Virus record (IMG/VR): IMGVR_UViG_2846893963_000001
Span: 1 to 64,000 of that record
From: a virus
Taxonomy: Duplodnaviria > Caudoviricetes
Length of the DNA stretch: 64,000 nucleotides
Strand: one strand, 5' to 3'
The notes under the pieces: generated by a model
Database searches by the model: none
Told to the model about the DNA's origin: nothing
Seen by the model: the letters and a program-made list of their open reading frames with translations, nothing else
In this document: piece by piece, positions 18,330 through 27,970 of the stretch
Layout: every line of letters starts with the position of its first letter
How positions within the stretch are numbered: the first letter of the stretch is position 1
Translations under genes and position numbers: made by a program

Positions 18330-18426
18330 ATATAGCTTCGCATGGAGTGAGCCAATTGAGGGATTTGCGAGGAATACTGTTCCAGTTTGTTTCAATCGCA
18401 ACCGATTTTTTTTGTAATTGAGCCAA
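18330..18426 (-). pseudogene. Possible IS30-family transposase C-terminal scar
   Basis: VAIETNWNSIPRKSLNWLTPCEA resembles the IS30 consensus LNxRPRKxLGxxTPxE. Confidence 0.35.
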
Positions 18427-18500
18427 ACGATTTTCCCGGCGATGCCGCCTTGGCTAAAAGAAAGCCCCTCCATTCGGAAGACTTCCTGATGTTGCCAGTC

Positions 18501-19295
18501 CTACACCTGCCACACATCCTCCGGGAGAGGAGTTAGAGACACCCCGTCGCCCGGCATGGACATACTGACCGTGCGGACACTCCGGCTCAGCCATGCGAAC
18601 AGTTCCGGGAACTTCTGCTCATTGACCTGCATGGGCGGGCGCCCCGGGCTGATGCTGCAAAGCTCCGACAGATCAGCGCGGCCGATACCGAAGACGAACA
18701 CACTGAGTTTGCGGTCAGCCGTTAGTTCCTTCAATCGTCCCTCCAGCTCCCGGTGCCGGGCGCTGGTCGGAACCCCGTCCGTCATCACGACAAGCCAGGG
18801 CTGGTAGTATTCCACCCCGTGTGCCCGGTAGGTACGCTTGCGGCTGTCGAGTTCAGATAGAGCCAATTCGACGGCTTCACCAAGGAGCGTTTCATTCTCC
18901 TGTGACGTGGAGATCCTCAGACCTGCGTCAGATTCCCGGATCGGACCGAACTCCTTTACTGTTGCTACCGTCCGGGCGAAAGTCATCACCGCTACATCGG
19001 CGGCCAGCTTCGCCAGAGGATCGGCGAGAATATCGCTGACGAACCGCTGAAGACCAGTATTGAGCTCATCCATCCGGGTGACCATGTTATCTCCCGTGAC
19101 GATATTCCAGTTGATCCCGTCAGCGTATTCCTGACGGACGATGTGTTGGTTGTCGCCCCGGATAATACCGTTCATACTGCTGCTGGTATCCAGCAGGAAG
19201 AGAACGGGAAGCCGGGCGTTGGTGTTGTTGCTGAACTCGCGCATGGCGGCGAGCTGTTCCTGTTTGTTTGGTTGTGTCGATGATGATATAGACAT
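18501..19295 (-). CDS. TerY/YegL-like vWA-domain protein
   Basis: RLPVLFLLDTSSSMNG (MIDAS), TLLGEAVELAL, YYQPWLVVMTDGVPT, FPELFAWLSRSV. Confidence 0.88.
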   Translation of the reverse strand: MSISSSTQPNKQEQLAAMREFSNNTNARLPVLFLLDTSSSMNGIIRGDNQHIVRQEYADGINWNIVTGDNMVTRMDELNTGLQRFVSDILADPLAKLAADVAVMTFARTVATVKEFGPIRESDAGLRISTSQENETLLGEAVELALSELDSRKRTYRAHGVEYYQPWLVVMTDGVPTSARHRELEGRLKELTADRKLSVFVFGIGRADLSELCSISPGRPPMQVNEQKFPELFAWLSRSVRTVSMSMPGDGVSLTPLPEDVWQV

Positions 19296-19307
19296 GGTTT
19301 ATTCAAG

Positions 19308-20534
19308 TTAATGGTTGGTGGTTGGATTCCGGGTTGCCTGATTCAATGCGCTACGACGTCGTATGCAGAGCTTGCATAGGGGGCGAGCATGAGATTGCCG
19401 TAAACGCCGTGCGACATCGTCAGGAGCCTCCCGGAAGAGAATCCCGCAGTCCGTACAGACATTGGGTGTCATCTGTACCAGCAGACTGTGGGGCGGACAG
19501 GGACGGTCGTACAGAAGATCCCGGTACATGGGATGATCCCTTCCGCCTCCCGGCTCCATATCCCTGAGGTATTGCTGCAAACAACGCGCCAGATACCCCG
19601 GCATGGCGCGTGGACGCAAATCGCGACGCTGGACACAAGTGAGGTTGTGACCGAGAGCATCGCGGAGCTTGCGGGGGAGATACGACCAGACATAGCGTCC
19701 GGGGGTATCGGGCGGGTAGAATCCCGCCGGAGGCTTGTACGAAGCAAACGGGTACGGCAGTACTCCCTTCCTGGCGGCTTCCCGCATGTCTCCTTCTCCC
19801 CCTTGACGGGCGAAGGGAGACAGGCCGAGCGTCAGCGTCATGAAGAGCAGGACGGACAGGGCGTAGGCATCGTGACTGCGGGTGCGGAGGAAGTCTCCGT
19901 AGTTACCTCTAAGTTCCGGTGCCCGGAACCGTTCCGTGCCGACGGAACAGGGATAGTCCTCGACCTGAAAACTGTCGGCATCCACCCAGCAGATGGAGCC
20001 ATCGGGAGAAACCAGCACATTGCCGGGATGCAGATCCCCAAGGATCACACCGCAACGGTGCAGCGTGTGGACGGATGCCGACAGGTTCAGGCATAGCCTG
20101 GTCAGATCGTAACGGGTCCATGAGGGGAACTGGTTCGTCAGCAGTTCCGCATGAAACGCGAATGCCCCGAGCGGAACACCGTCCGCCCGGGGCATCAGTA
20201 CGCCGACAAAACGCCGCAGCTCGTCGTACAGAATCTCACGCGGCCATGCGACGCACGGGGAACGAATGGGGCGGGAACACATCAGCCGAAGCTTCTGCTC
20301 ACGCCAACGCATCCGTTGCGTTGGATGATAGAGCTTGGCAACGAGTGGCGATGCCGATACGGCATGGGCAGTGAAGACGGAACCTTCGCCGCCTTCCGCA
20401 ATAGATTCTCCCAGAACGATTCGTTTCCCCTCACCTGAGAACAGAACATCCCCGGTCGAGTACTTCCTGCTATTGCCGCAGAGTTCTTCATCCAGCCGCC
20501 TCACCTGATGGCGGAGTGCATAGAATGGAGTCAT
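19308..20534 (-). CDS. YegI-like Ser/Thr kinase with C-terminal Zn ribbon
   Basis: AEGGEGSVF, VAKLY, VAWP.E, GDLHPGNVLV, VDADSFQ, GTERFRAPEL. C-terminal CTDC...CKLC. Confidence 0.88.
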   Translation of the reverse strand: MTPFYALRHQVRRLDEELCGNSRKYSTGDVLFSGEGKRIVLGESIAEGGEGSVFTAHAVSASPLVAKLYHPTQRMRWREQKLRLMCSRPIRSPCVAWPREILYDELRRFVGVLMPRADGVPLGAFAFHAELLTNQFPSWTRYDLTRLCLNLSASVHTLHRCGVILGDLHPGNVLVSPDGSICWVDADSFQVEDYPCSVGTERFRAPELRGNYGDFLRTRSHDAYALSVLLFMTLTLGLSPFARQGGEGDMREAARKGVLPYPFASYKPPAGFYPPDTPGRYVWSYLPRKLRDALGHNLTCVQRRDLRPRAMPGYLARCLQQYLRDMEPGGGRDHPMYRDLLYDRPCPPHSLLVQMTPNVCTDCGILFREAPDDVARRLRQSHARPLCKLCIRRRSALNQATRNPTTNH

Positions 20535-20565
20535 GGAAACATGACGGCGGGTAATAAGCCGTCAC

Positions 20566-20598
20566 ATATAGATGACGCGGAGGGAATAAATTTTTCAA
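20566..20598 (-). promoter_or_regulatory. Island-specific promoter-like motif, copy C
   Basis: Minus strand TTGAAA-N17-TCATCTATAT upstream of the kinase-vWA operon. Confidence 0.5.
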
Positions 20599-20652
20599 TT
20601 ATGATTGATAAAAAATGGATATGGAAACATTTTATCAATCATATTAGGACAT

Positions 20653-21659
20653 TCATCCTATGTCTTGATTCATGATGCCATTGATCGTGCTCATCAATGA
20701 ATCAAAAGGCTCCGGTTCATCAAAGAGCATGGCTGAAGTCTGTTCGTAGTCCCTTTGCCATTTTTCTCGCAATTCAAGAGCATCCGGGATCAGTTTCAAA
20801 TCCGAGGGAAGCAATGTATCGTAATCGACCCATGTCTGCCAATGGTAGAGCTTACGTTTGTCCCTTACATCGAAGAATAGCTCCTTATCAACATATCCCG
20901 CTCGGATAAGGGCTGCCACATCATAATAGTGGAGTGCCAGCCTGGCCTTGATATTCCATCCTTCATGCGGACGGGTATTATTCTCATGGAAATGAAACAC
21001 TTCTCCCAGAATGTTCGGAAAGGGCTAATCGTTCGTACTTCAGTCGAATCTGAAAACTCCGGAAATCCTTCCCCAATGTAAGAATCGACCATCCTGGCTT
21101 CGGATGGTTCCGTCTGAGCTCTCCCGCTCAATTCGATTTTGACAAAAGGACGAATGTAGAGGCTTTCATTCTGTTCGAACAAGGATGGATAATGGATTAA
21201 GAGGACAAATGGATCACGGGCCGTGGACAGATCTTCCAACTCGATATGCACATTCTTGATTCCCATTTCTTTCATCCTCTCCTCCATGAGAGTCTGGAGA
21301 ACATGCTCCATCATCCTCCGGTAGTGGGGGCGAATCTTACGCAATGTAGCATCCCTCTGGCTGGCGGATTGAAACGCTGTCGGCTTATCTTCTTCACCCA
21401 GTTCAGCGAAGAAACAAGGAGATAACGCAACATCGATATCCTCAGAGAAACGGCGTATGATCCTGTACGCTTTGGAGAGGGACGTCCCGCCTCTGAAGCA
21501 TAGATAAGGCTTCAAGGAGTCTTCCCGAAAAAGGATATTCAGAGCCCGGCATACCCAGAAATCCTTTTCAACAATAGAAGGAATGATACCCAGCTGCTCG
21601 CCAATGTGGCGGCACAGGAATATTCGATCTTCGGATGGGAGACTGAGGAAATCACTCAT
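20653..21659 (-). pseudogene. AbiEii-type nucleotidyltransferase toxin, split by a single-base frameshift near 20990
   Basis: EKDFWV...FRGGTSLSKAY..I.RFSEDID...RTFWEK in one frame. HENN...RLALHYYDV continues in another frame. Confidence 0.8.
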
Positions 21660-22278
21660 GAGAGACAGGGGGCGCTATGACTTGTTGTAGAATGGGGCGC
21701 ATCCATACAGGAACAAGATCCATATCACGAGATAATTGTTCCTTTTCCGTATCGGAAAGCCGTTTGGTTAATTGAGTGACAACAAAATCACGATCTATCG
21801 ACTTCCTGCCCAGCGAGCGCAACGCTTGAACGACCAATCCCGTAATACTCCCCGACAGGCGCATCAGTTTCGGAGATGTCTTCTTGAAGCGGAGTTTCCA
21901 TCCACCTACGTGAACCGTTGCAGAAGGTCGATCCGTCAAATACTCGTACCGCCCGGCCATTTGGTCGGAAAGCCACAAAGCGTTAGCGGCATGGATTCCA
22001 TTAGGTAAAAGACGAGCTTCATTTTTCCTTGCCCAGGCTTTCGCTACCTGTTCCGGGTCAGTTGGTACAGGCAAATTAAATCTCTTGTTGGTCGCCGGTA
22101 TCTCATAAATACCTGGAAGGATACGCTTGAGCTCGCCATCCCTTGCCATGCGAGAAAGCGCTTGATCTACTGCTGTCCTGGGCCAGAACGCAAGAAAATC
22201 GGAAGAGGTGATAACCTCTCCTTTTGCCTTCTCGGAAAATAGTTTTTCCCTCAGCTGGCTCCTGATGCTCCCCTTCAT
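21652..22278 (-). CDS. AbiEi-like / DUF6088 antitoxin (wHTH)
   Basis: SDFL....RTAVDQALSRM...G.LKRILPGIY...P.G..AANAL.LSDQ. Overlaps the toxin start. Confidence 0.85.
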   Translation of the reverse strand: MKGSIRSQLREKLFSEKAKGEVITSSDFLAFWPRTAVDQALSRMARDGELKRILPGIYEIPATNKRFNLPVPTDPEQVAKAWARKNEARLLPNGIHAANALWLSDQMAGRYEYLTDRPSATVHVGGWKLRFKKTSPKLMRLSGSITGLVVQALRSLGRKSIDRDFVVTQLTKRLSDTEKEQLSRDMDLVPVWMRPILQQVIAPPVSHE

Positions 22279-22323
22279 GATTAAAAAGTATTGTTTATCT
22301 GACTAAAATGACTGAAGCAAAGA

Positions 22324-23664
22324 TCAACTAACCGCATCGGGAATGATAGAAAGGTATGCTTCAGCATCCTTACGGGAAACACCCTGCCTGTAGTGGGATT
22401 CGGTCATCTGCGTTCCACTATGTCCCATCCAGCGGGCAACATCCGGCAAGGGATGGAGAGCTGCCTGATAGGAAGCGAATGAGTGTCGCAACGCATTCTT
22501 TGGTATCGTGATGCCGGCTTTGGCTGCCAGCTGGTCCAGGCGATAGCCATATCTGAGTTCGTCATCCCGGGTCATTGGCTCCCATTCGCCTGCGGCCAGC
22601 CATGCCTTGATTTGCGGGGAGGTGGGTATGTAACGATCCTTCGTTTTCCCCTTGGGTCCCTTCGCGATCTCACGCGAAACAAAGATATCGTCATGTCCAT
22701 CCGGTTTGTCCTTGTATTGAACAACCTCTGAACGTCTTAGCCCGCACAATCCCTGTAGGACAATACGGGAAAGCATGGGGCGGTCATCTTTTAATGCCGC
22801 CTCAAGCAATTTCCGGAATTCGTCCGGGGTAAGAATCCCGATAGAGATGTGATCCCTGGAAGGAGCGACGGTCAAGGAGACCGGGTTTTTCTGAATCAGA
22901 TCGTGCTGAATGGCCCAGAGAAAAAAGGCATTCAGCGTACCGCGGTACCTGTATTTGCTGGTATTCGAGAGGGGCTTTCCCTGATACCGGAACGAATCCA
23001 GTTTGTCATTGATTTCGGCGGCGGTGATTGATGACAACTCCCGGTTGGTCCAGCCTTGCTGCCATTTATCGAGTTCATGAAGGACGTTCTTATGATGGGC
23101 CGGCTGGCATTGGCCCCGATCCAACATCAGCTGCCTCTCCTTTCGATACTGAGCCATGGCGTCATCCAGAGATATACCCGCCGGGGGTGGTTTCGGGGCA
23201 GTAATGTCAACATGATCAGCAATGACGCTTAATTGTGATCCGAGTAAATCCTTGATTTCCTGCTCTTTGGTATCCGTGAGAGCATCTTTCCACCACGAAA
23301 GGAGATCAGATGCAAATGCCTTCACCTCTTCCGGATCTTCATGCTGGTACAAATATTGAAGCGTATGTTGCAGAAGGTTGTTGTTCTTTCCAAATTTTCT
23401 CCACAAGCGGATAGCGAACATTTCGACCACGGATTCTCCCTCTGCAACCATATTGAATATTGCCAGGGCATCGTCGATATGCCCCTTGTCATACATATCG
23501 TAGAGAGCCCGGGCTTCGTCGTAATCGCGAAAGGTGCGCTCTTTCCATTCTCCCGTGTCCTTGTCAACAAAGCGGAGCCGCCAGACTGAAGGGCGGCCTT
23601 TCTTCTTCACTTCAGTGAGTTTGACTTTGCTGCCATATCGGCCTTTGGCATGCTTCCTCTTCAT
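22324..23664 (-). CDS. Tyrosine recombinase / integrase
   Basis: GLRRSEV, AKG, KNALRHSFASY, WMGH, HY catalytic R-K-H-R-H-Y set. Adjacent to att. Confidence 0.93.
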   Translation of the reverse strand: MKRKHAKGRYGSKVKLTEVKKKGRPSVWRLRFVDKDTGEWKERTFRDYDEARALYDMYDKGHIDDALAIFNMVAEGESVVEMFAIRLWRKFGKNNNLLQHTLQYLYQHEDPEEVKAFASDLLSWWKDALTDTKEQEIKDLLGSQLSVIADHVDITAPKPPPAGISLDDAMAQYRKERQLMLDRGQCQPAHHKNVLHELDKWQQGWTNRELSSITAAEINDKLDSFRYQGKPLSNTSKYRYRGTLNAFFLWAIQHDLIQKNPVSLTVAPSRDHISIGILTPDEFRKLLEAALKDDRPMLSRIVLQGLCGLRRSEVVQYKDKPDGHDDIFVSREIAKGPKGKTKDRYIPTSPQIKAWLAAGEWEPMTRDDELRYGYRLDQLAAKAGITIPKNALRHSFASYQAALHPLPDVARWMGHSGTQMTESHYRQGVSRKDAEAYLSIIPDAVS

Positions 23665-23706
23665 GTAACGAGAGTAATGGTTTACAGAAAAAGTTTCAAG
23701 ACGAAT

Positions 23707-23727
23707 TGGGGGACAAACTGGGGGACA
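23707..23727. repeat. Direct repeat TGGGGGACA x2 (putative integrase arm-type sites)
   Basis: Copies at 23707-23715 and 23719-23727 (12-bp period), about 35 bp from the att core. Confidence 0.55.
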
Positions 23728-23761
23728 TATTCATATATAATTGAAAATAAATATAATTGTT

Positions 23762-23819
23762 TAGACTAAGGATCTAGTGGTGATAAACCGTAGGGGTTCG
23801 AGTCCCCTCCCGAGCACCA
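23762..23819 (+). tRNA. 3' fragment of tRNA-Leu (att-site duplication, not an intact gene)
   Basis: TAGA-CTAAGGA-TCTA anticodon arm, long variable arm, AGGGG-TTCGAGT-CCCCT T-arm, CCCGAGC-A-CCA end. No acceptor 5' strand or D-arm upstream. Confidence 0.8.
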
Positions 23820-23830
23820 TCCTCTTTCAT

Positions 23831-23870
23831 ACCGCAAGTTGCTGGTTTTCAGCTCTTGCGGTTTTCGTTT
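23831..23870 (+). terminator. Terminator of the original tRNA locus
   Basis: ACCGCAAG...CTTGCGGT stem followed by TTTCGTTT. Confidence 0.6.
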
Positions 23871-24030
23871 GCCGGCGGCGGGAAAATAAGCCGCAACACA
23901 TTTTTTATCAACAGGGGAGGGCATGCGCTATAAAAAGAAAGGCATTTCCCCACTTCCGGCCCCCCCGAACTCTTACTTGCCGGAAACAATCCGGACGTAA
24001 TCAGTAAAGGATTGGCCCTTACGGCATCCG

Positions 24031-24993
24031 TTAAAAACCCTCCGCCATCAGGGCCACGGCTTCTTCACGGCTCGGCATGGAACGGATGGCTCCCTTGCGT
24101 GTCGTCACAATGGAAGCGGCGGCATTGGCGAATAAAAGCATGTCCGCCAACTGGCCTTCCGTCAGGTTTTCCAGCCCGGTTTCCAAAATCCGGTCCAGGC
24201 AGCATCCCAAAAAGGCGTCTCCGGCTCCTGTTGTGTCAATAGTCTTGACATTCAAGTACGTAGGCTGGTGAATAAGTTTGCTTTCATAGGCAGCCCAGCT
24301 TCCTTTTCTGCCCCCCGTCACCAGAATAAGGCGCAAATTGTCGAACTCCCTCTGCAAAATCCTCAATCCTTCTTCCATGGTGGCGCAGCCGGTGAGAAAG
24401 AAAAGTTCCTCCATTTCTATTTTCATGATGCCGCATGCGCCGCATCCGTAGAGCATTTGTTCCCGGGCCAGTTTCATATCAGGCCACAGGGGCGGACGGA
24501 GATTGGGGTCAAAAGAGATGAGTTCTCCTTTTTTCCGCGCATGGCTGACGGCATGCCGGGTAGCCCTCCGAACATCATCATGCGTCATGGAAATCGTCCC
24601 GAAATGGAAGACGCGCGCGTGCTCCACCAATTCAAGGTCCACTTCTCCCGCAGTCAGCTTCATATCGGCGCCGGGATTACGGTAAAAGGAAAATTCACGG
24701 TCTCCGTGTTCGTCAATCTGAACGAAAGCCAACGTCGTATTGACTTCCCGGGATGCGACGAGACCTGAATCTCCGATGCCTTCTTCCTGAAGCGTGCGGC
24801 GAAGCATTTTCCCGAACATGTCGTGGCCCACCTTGCCAATAAAGGAGGTTTTGCGCCCGAGCCTGGACAGCATGGACAGGACGTTGCAGGGCGCTCCGCC
24901 CGGATTGGCCTGATAAACGGGCAGTTCCCGGTCATTTATTCCGCAGGGAGTGAAGTCTATCAGCAATTCTCCGAGAGCTACGACGTCATACAT
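24031..24993 (-). CDS. PfkB family carbohydrate kinase (fructokinase-like)
   Basis: MYDVVALGELLIDF, NPGGAPCNV, FDPNLRPPLW, DTTGAGDAF. Start reassigned to ATG 24993. Confidence 0.93.
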   Translation of the reverse strand: MYDVVALGELLIDFTPCGINDRELPVYQANPGGAPCNVLSMLSRLGRKTSFIGKVGHDMFGKMLRRTLQEEGIGDSGLVASREVNTTLAFVQIDEHGDREFSFYRNPGADMKLTAGEVDLELVEHARVFHFGTISMTHDDVRRATRHAVSHARKKGELISFDPNLRPPLWPDMKLAREQMLYGCGACGIMKIEMEELFFLTGCATMEEGLRILQREFDNLRLILVTGGRKGSWAAYESKLIHQPTYLNVKTIDTTGAGDAFLGCCLDRILETGLENLTEGQLADMLLFANAAASIVTTRKGAIRSMPSREEAVALMAEGF

Positions 24994-25405
24994 GCTTTTG
25001 CAAATGTTGAAAGTAAACCTTCCGGCGAAATATAAACCGGGAGAGATAAAGAAGCATAGAACGCGACGGCCTTGCGGGAAAAGGAAAAAGAGATTCATTC
25101 CAGTCATGGCGGAAAAGGAATTTCCCCTTTTATCCCGCCCTGCAGAAACCTCGAAGGTTGATGGAGCATCCGAATGTGAACAAGTATGGCATATATCCCT
25201 AACGCCCTCCACTCAGGAAATGCCCCCTTACGGGCATTTATGGGCGCGACTTCTTCTGCTCCCTCCCATTCCTCCGCAACAAACACGCATTTTCAAGGCA
25301 TTTCAAGCTTCTTTAAGAGAATTCAACCCTTTTCAAGCATGTGTGATGGTCACAGTATTCCGCATTTTTCTTCATGATTCCCTTCCCATCCTGTAATATG
25401 CGCCC

Positions 25406-25909
25406 ATGCAAGAAAAAAGCAGCGGCTTTCAATGGCCCGCACAGTGGACCCCCGATATTCTCGCCACGTTAATGTTCGTGGTGCAGAAAGGAAGGATTCT
25501 CCTGATACGCAAAAAGAGGGGAATCGGCGCGGGCAAGGTGAACGGCCCCGGCGGAAAGTTTGAACCGGGGGAAACGGCCCTGCAATGCGTTTTGCGGGAA
25601 GTTCGGGAAGAGCTTCACATTGATATTGAGGATGCCCGGGAAATGGGCGTGCTGAATTTTTCCTTTGCCTGCGGCACCATTCCGGAAATCCGCTGCCATG
25701 TGTTTATGGCGACGTCTTTTACAGGCACCCCCACGGAAACCCCCGAGGCGGAGCCCTTCTGGTGTCCGGTGGACGGGATTCCCTATGACCTCATGTGGCA
25801 GGATGACCGGTTCTGGCTGCCCGCCATGCTGGACGGGAAACGGTTTGAGGCGTTTTTCACGTTCGAGGGGGACCGGATGATGGAATTTTCCCTGAAAACC
25901 GGGGATTGA
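25406..25909 (+). CDS. NUDIX hydrolase (MutT/MTH1-like)
   Basis: KKRGIGAGKVNGPGGKFEPGETALQCVLREVREE Nudix box and MWQDDRFWLP. Confidence 0.92.
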   Translation: MQEKSSGFQWPAQWTPDILATLMFVVQKGRILLIRKKRGIGAGKVNGPGGKFEPGETALQCVLREVREELHIDIEDAREMGVLNFSFACGTIPEIRCHVFMATSFTGTPTETPEAEPFWCPVDGIPYDLMWQDDRFWLPAMLDGKRFEAFFTFEGDRMMEFSLKTGD

Positions 25910-26756
25910 ACCGCCAAGAAACCCCAGGTTGCGGCCTCCTCCCTTTAAGCCGGATGGGGAACGCTGAACTTTTTTTATTCCGTCCTTCCCCACGGAGGCA
26001 ACAGATTCAGAAGGAGGGGGAAACAGTACTGCCCGGCGCTCCAGAAAAGATTCCCTGAAATTCACCTGAAGGTGGGGGGCAAAGAGGGGGCATTTGCCCC
26101 TGAAGACCATTCTGAACAGCAGCTAACGTTGAAGGGCCGGCTTCCGAAAAAAATGGACCTTTCCCCTTGTACCGGGATACATCATATTCATCTCCTTCCC
26201 TCCAGGTATCCTGAAACGGATCATAGGAATTGCTCCGGACGCCAGCATCGCAGAGATTTCCCCATGGCGTCCAGAAAAAGGAAAGTTCTCCCTGCCGGAA
26301 ACCGGTTCCGGCTTGAGGTTCATGCGAAGGGCTGGAATTCAGCCAAATCCGCGGCTTCGTAAGAAAACGGGGGGGATGGTTGCATAACCGGACCGGTAAT
26401 GGAGGTTTAAGGGAGCAAATCAGCTCCGGCCTTTATTTTTTCCAAGCGCATCCGAATATCCACTGGTGCATCAAATCCCTTTTCCGTAAACGGGCGTGGG
26501 CTTTTCTTTTTGCCCGGTATCCGGGAAATGCTGATTTTTCCGATGTTTTGCCTTCTTTTTCAGGTAATGCGCGGATGCCTGCGCCCTTGCCGCTTTTTTA
26601 CTTTGCACGGGGAAAGGACGGCTCCCGCCTCCGGGCATCAAGCCGTATTCTTTAAGCTTTTCCTCCCGCTTCCGTTGTGATAATGATGCGGGAGCAACCG
26701 TGTGATCCTTGATCGTTCACTTGCTGACTATTTCAATTCATATTCCATTATTCAAC

Positions 26757-27956
26757 ATGTATACCCCCGAATTCAAAAACATCCTCACTTCCACCCTGGA
26801 CGGACTGCGTGCGGAAGGACTTTACAAGGAAGAACGCTTTATCGCCTCCCAGCAGTACTCCCAGGTGACGCTGAAGGACGGACGCTCCGTCATCAACATG
26901 TGCGCCAATAATTATCTGGGCCTTGCTAATAATCCGGAAGTGATGGAAGCCGCCAAGAAAGCCATCGACCAGTGGGGTTTCGGCATGGCGTCCGTGCGTT
27001 TTATCTGCGGCACGCAGACCCTTCACCGTCAATTGGAAGAACGTCTTACCCAATTTCTCGGCACGGAAGACACGATTCTGTTTCCCTCCTGCTTTGACGC
27101 CAACGGCGGGCTGTTTGAAGGCCTCCTGACTGCAGACGACGCTATTATTTCCGATTCCCTGAACCACGCTTCCATTATTGACGGCGTGCGCCTCTGCAAA
27201 GCCAAGCGCTTCCGTTATGCCAACAACGACATGGCAGACCTGGAAGCCAAGCTCCAGGAAGCGGACGCCGCCGGAGCGCGCGTGAAGTTGATTTCCACGG
27301 ACGGCGTCTTTTCCATGGACGGCATCATTGCTCAGCTGGACAAGATTCACGAGCTGGCAGCCAAGTACAATGCCATTGTCCACTTTGACGACTGCCACGC
27401 CACGGGCTTCCTGGGCGAAAAGGGCCGCGGCACGCATGAATACCGTGGACTGTTCGGCCATATAGACATCACCACCGGTACCCTGGGCAAGGCACTGGGA
27501 GGCGCTTCCGGCGGCTACGTCTCCGGCCCGAAGGAAGTAGTGGATGTCCTGCGCCAGAAGGCGCGCCCGTACCTGTTCTCCAACAGCGTGGCCCCGGCTA
27601 TCGTAGCCGCTTCCATCAAAGTGCTGGACCTGTTGGAACAGTCCACGGAAGCGCGCGACCGCGTAGAAGCCAATACCAAGTATTTCCGTGACGCCATGAC
27701 GGGAGCCGGATTCACCATCGGCGGCAAGGACCACCCCATTTCCCCGGTCATGTTGGGGGATGCCGTCCTGTCCCAGAAATTCTCCGCCCAGCTTTTGGAC
27801 GAAGGAGTGTACGCCGTCGGCTTCTTCTATCCCGTCGTTCCCAAGGGACAGGCCCGCATCCGCACGCAGATTTCTGCGGCCCATACCCGCGAACAGCTGG
27901 ACAAGGCGATTGAGGCCTTCTGCAAGGTAGGTAAAAACCTGGGCGTTATTTCCTGA
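26757..27956 (+). CDS. kbl: Glycine C-acetyltransferase (2-amino-3-ketobutyrate CoA ligase)
   Basis: [66 protein letters not shown]. Confidence 0.96.
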   Translation: MYTPEFKNILTSTLDGLRAEGLYKEERFIASQQYSQVTLKDGRSVINMCANNYLGLANNPEVMEAAKKAIDQWGFGMASVRFICGTQTLHRQLEERLTQFLGTEDTILFPSCFDANGGLFEGLLTADDAIISDSLNHASIIDGVRLCKAKRFRYANNDMADLEAKLQEADAAGARVKLISTDGVFSMDGIIAQLDKIHELAAKYNAIVHFDDCHATGFLGEKGRGTHEYRGLFGHIDITTGTLGKALGGASGGYVSGPKEVVDVLRQKARPYLFSNSVAPAIVAASIKVLDLLEQSTEARDRVEANTKYFRDAMTGAGFTIGGKDHPISPVMLGDAVLSQKFSAQLLDEGVYAVGFFYPVVPKGQARIRTQISAAHTREQLDKAIEAFCKVGKNLGVIS

Positions 27957-27970
27957 TTCCCGCGCTTTCC

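Larger units (their letters stand above)
1..23819. mobile_element. Genomic island / ICE-like element, right arm (left end outside window), integrated at a tRNA-Leu 3' end
   Basis: Tyrosine integrase at 22324-23664 next to a tRNA 3'-half duplication (23762-23819). Cargo of TA systems, DUF932, ParB, Rhs and PD-(D/E)XK genes, all on the minus strand, with patchy GC. Housekeeping genes resume at 24031. Confidence 0.85.

Noticed and set aside
1-23664. Conjugation (T4SS/relaxase) or T6SS machinery for the island
   Set aside because: No such motifs in this window. They may lie beyond the left edge, so the ICE label is provisional.
23762-23819. An intact tRNA gene
   Set aside because: There is no 5' acceptor strand (GCTCGGG) or D-arm upstream, so it is an att duplication.
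24994-25212. N-terminal extension of the PfkB ORF to 393 aa
   Set aside because: The family motif starts at MYDVVALGE. The upstream part is non-coding leader in an open frame.
25910-26756. Long intergenic region upstream of kbl as a glycine riboswitch or ncRNA
   Set aside because: I could not find the tandem GGAGA/CCGAAG/CTCTCAGG aptamer motifs. A covariance-model search would be needed.
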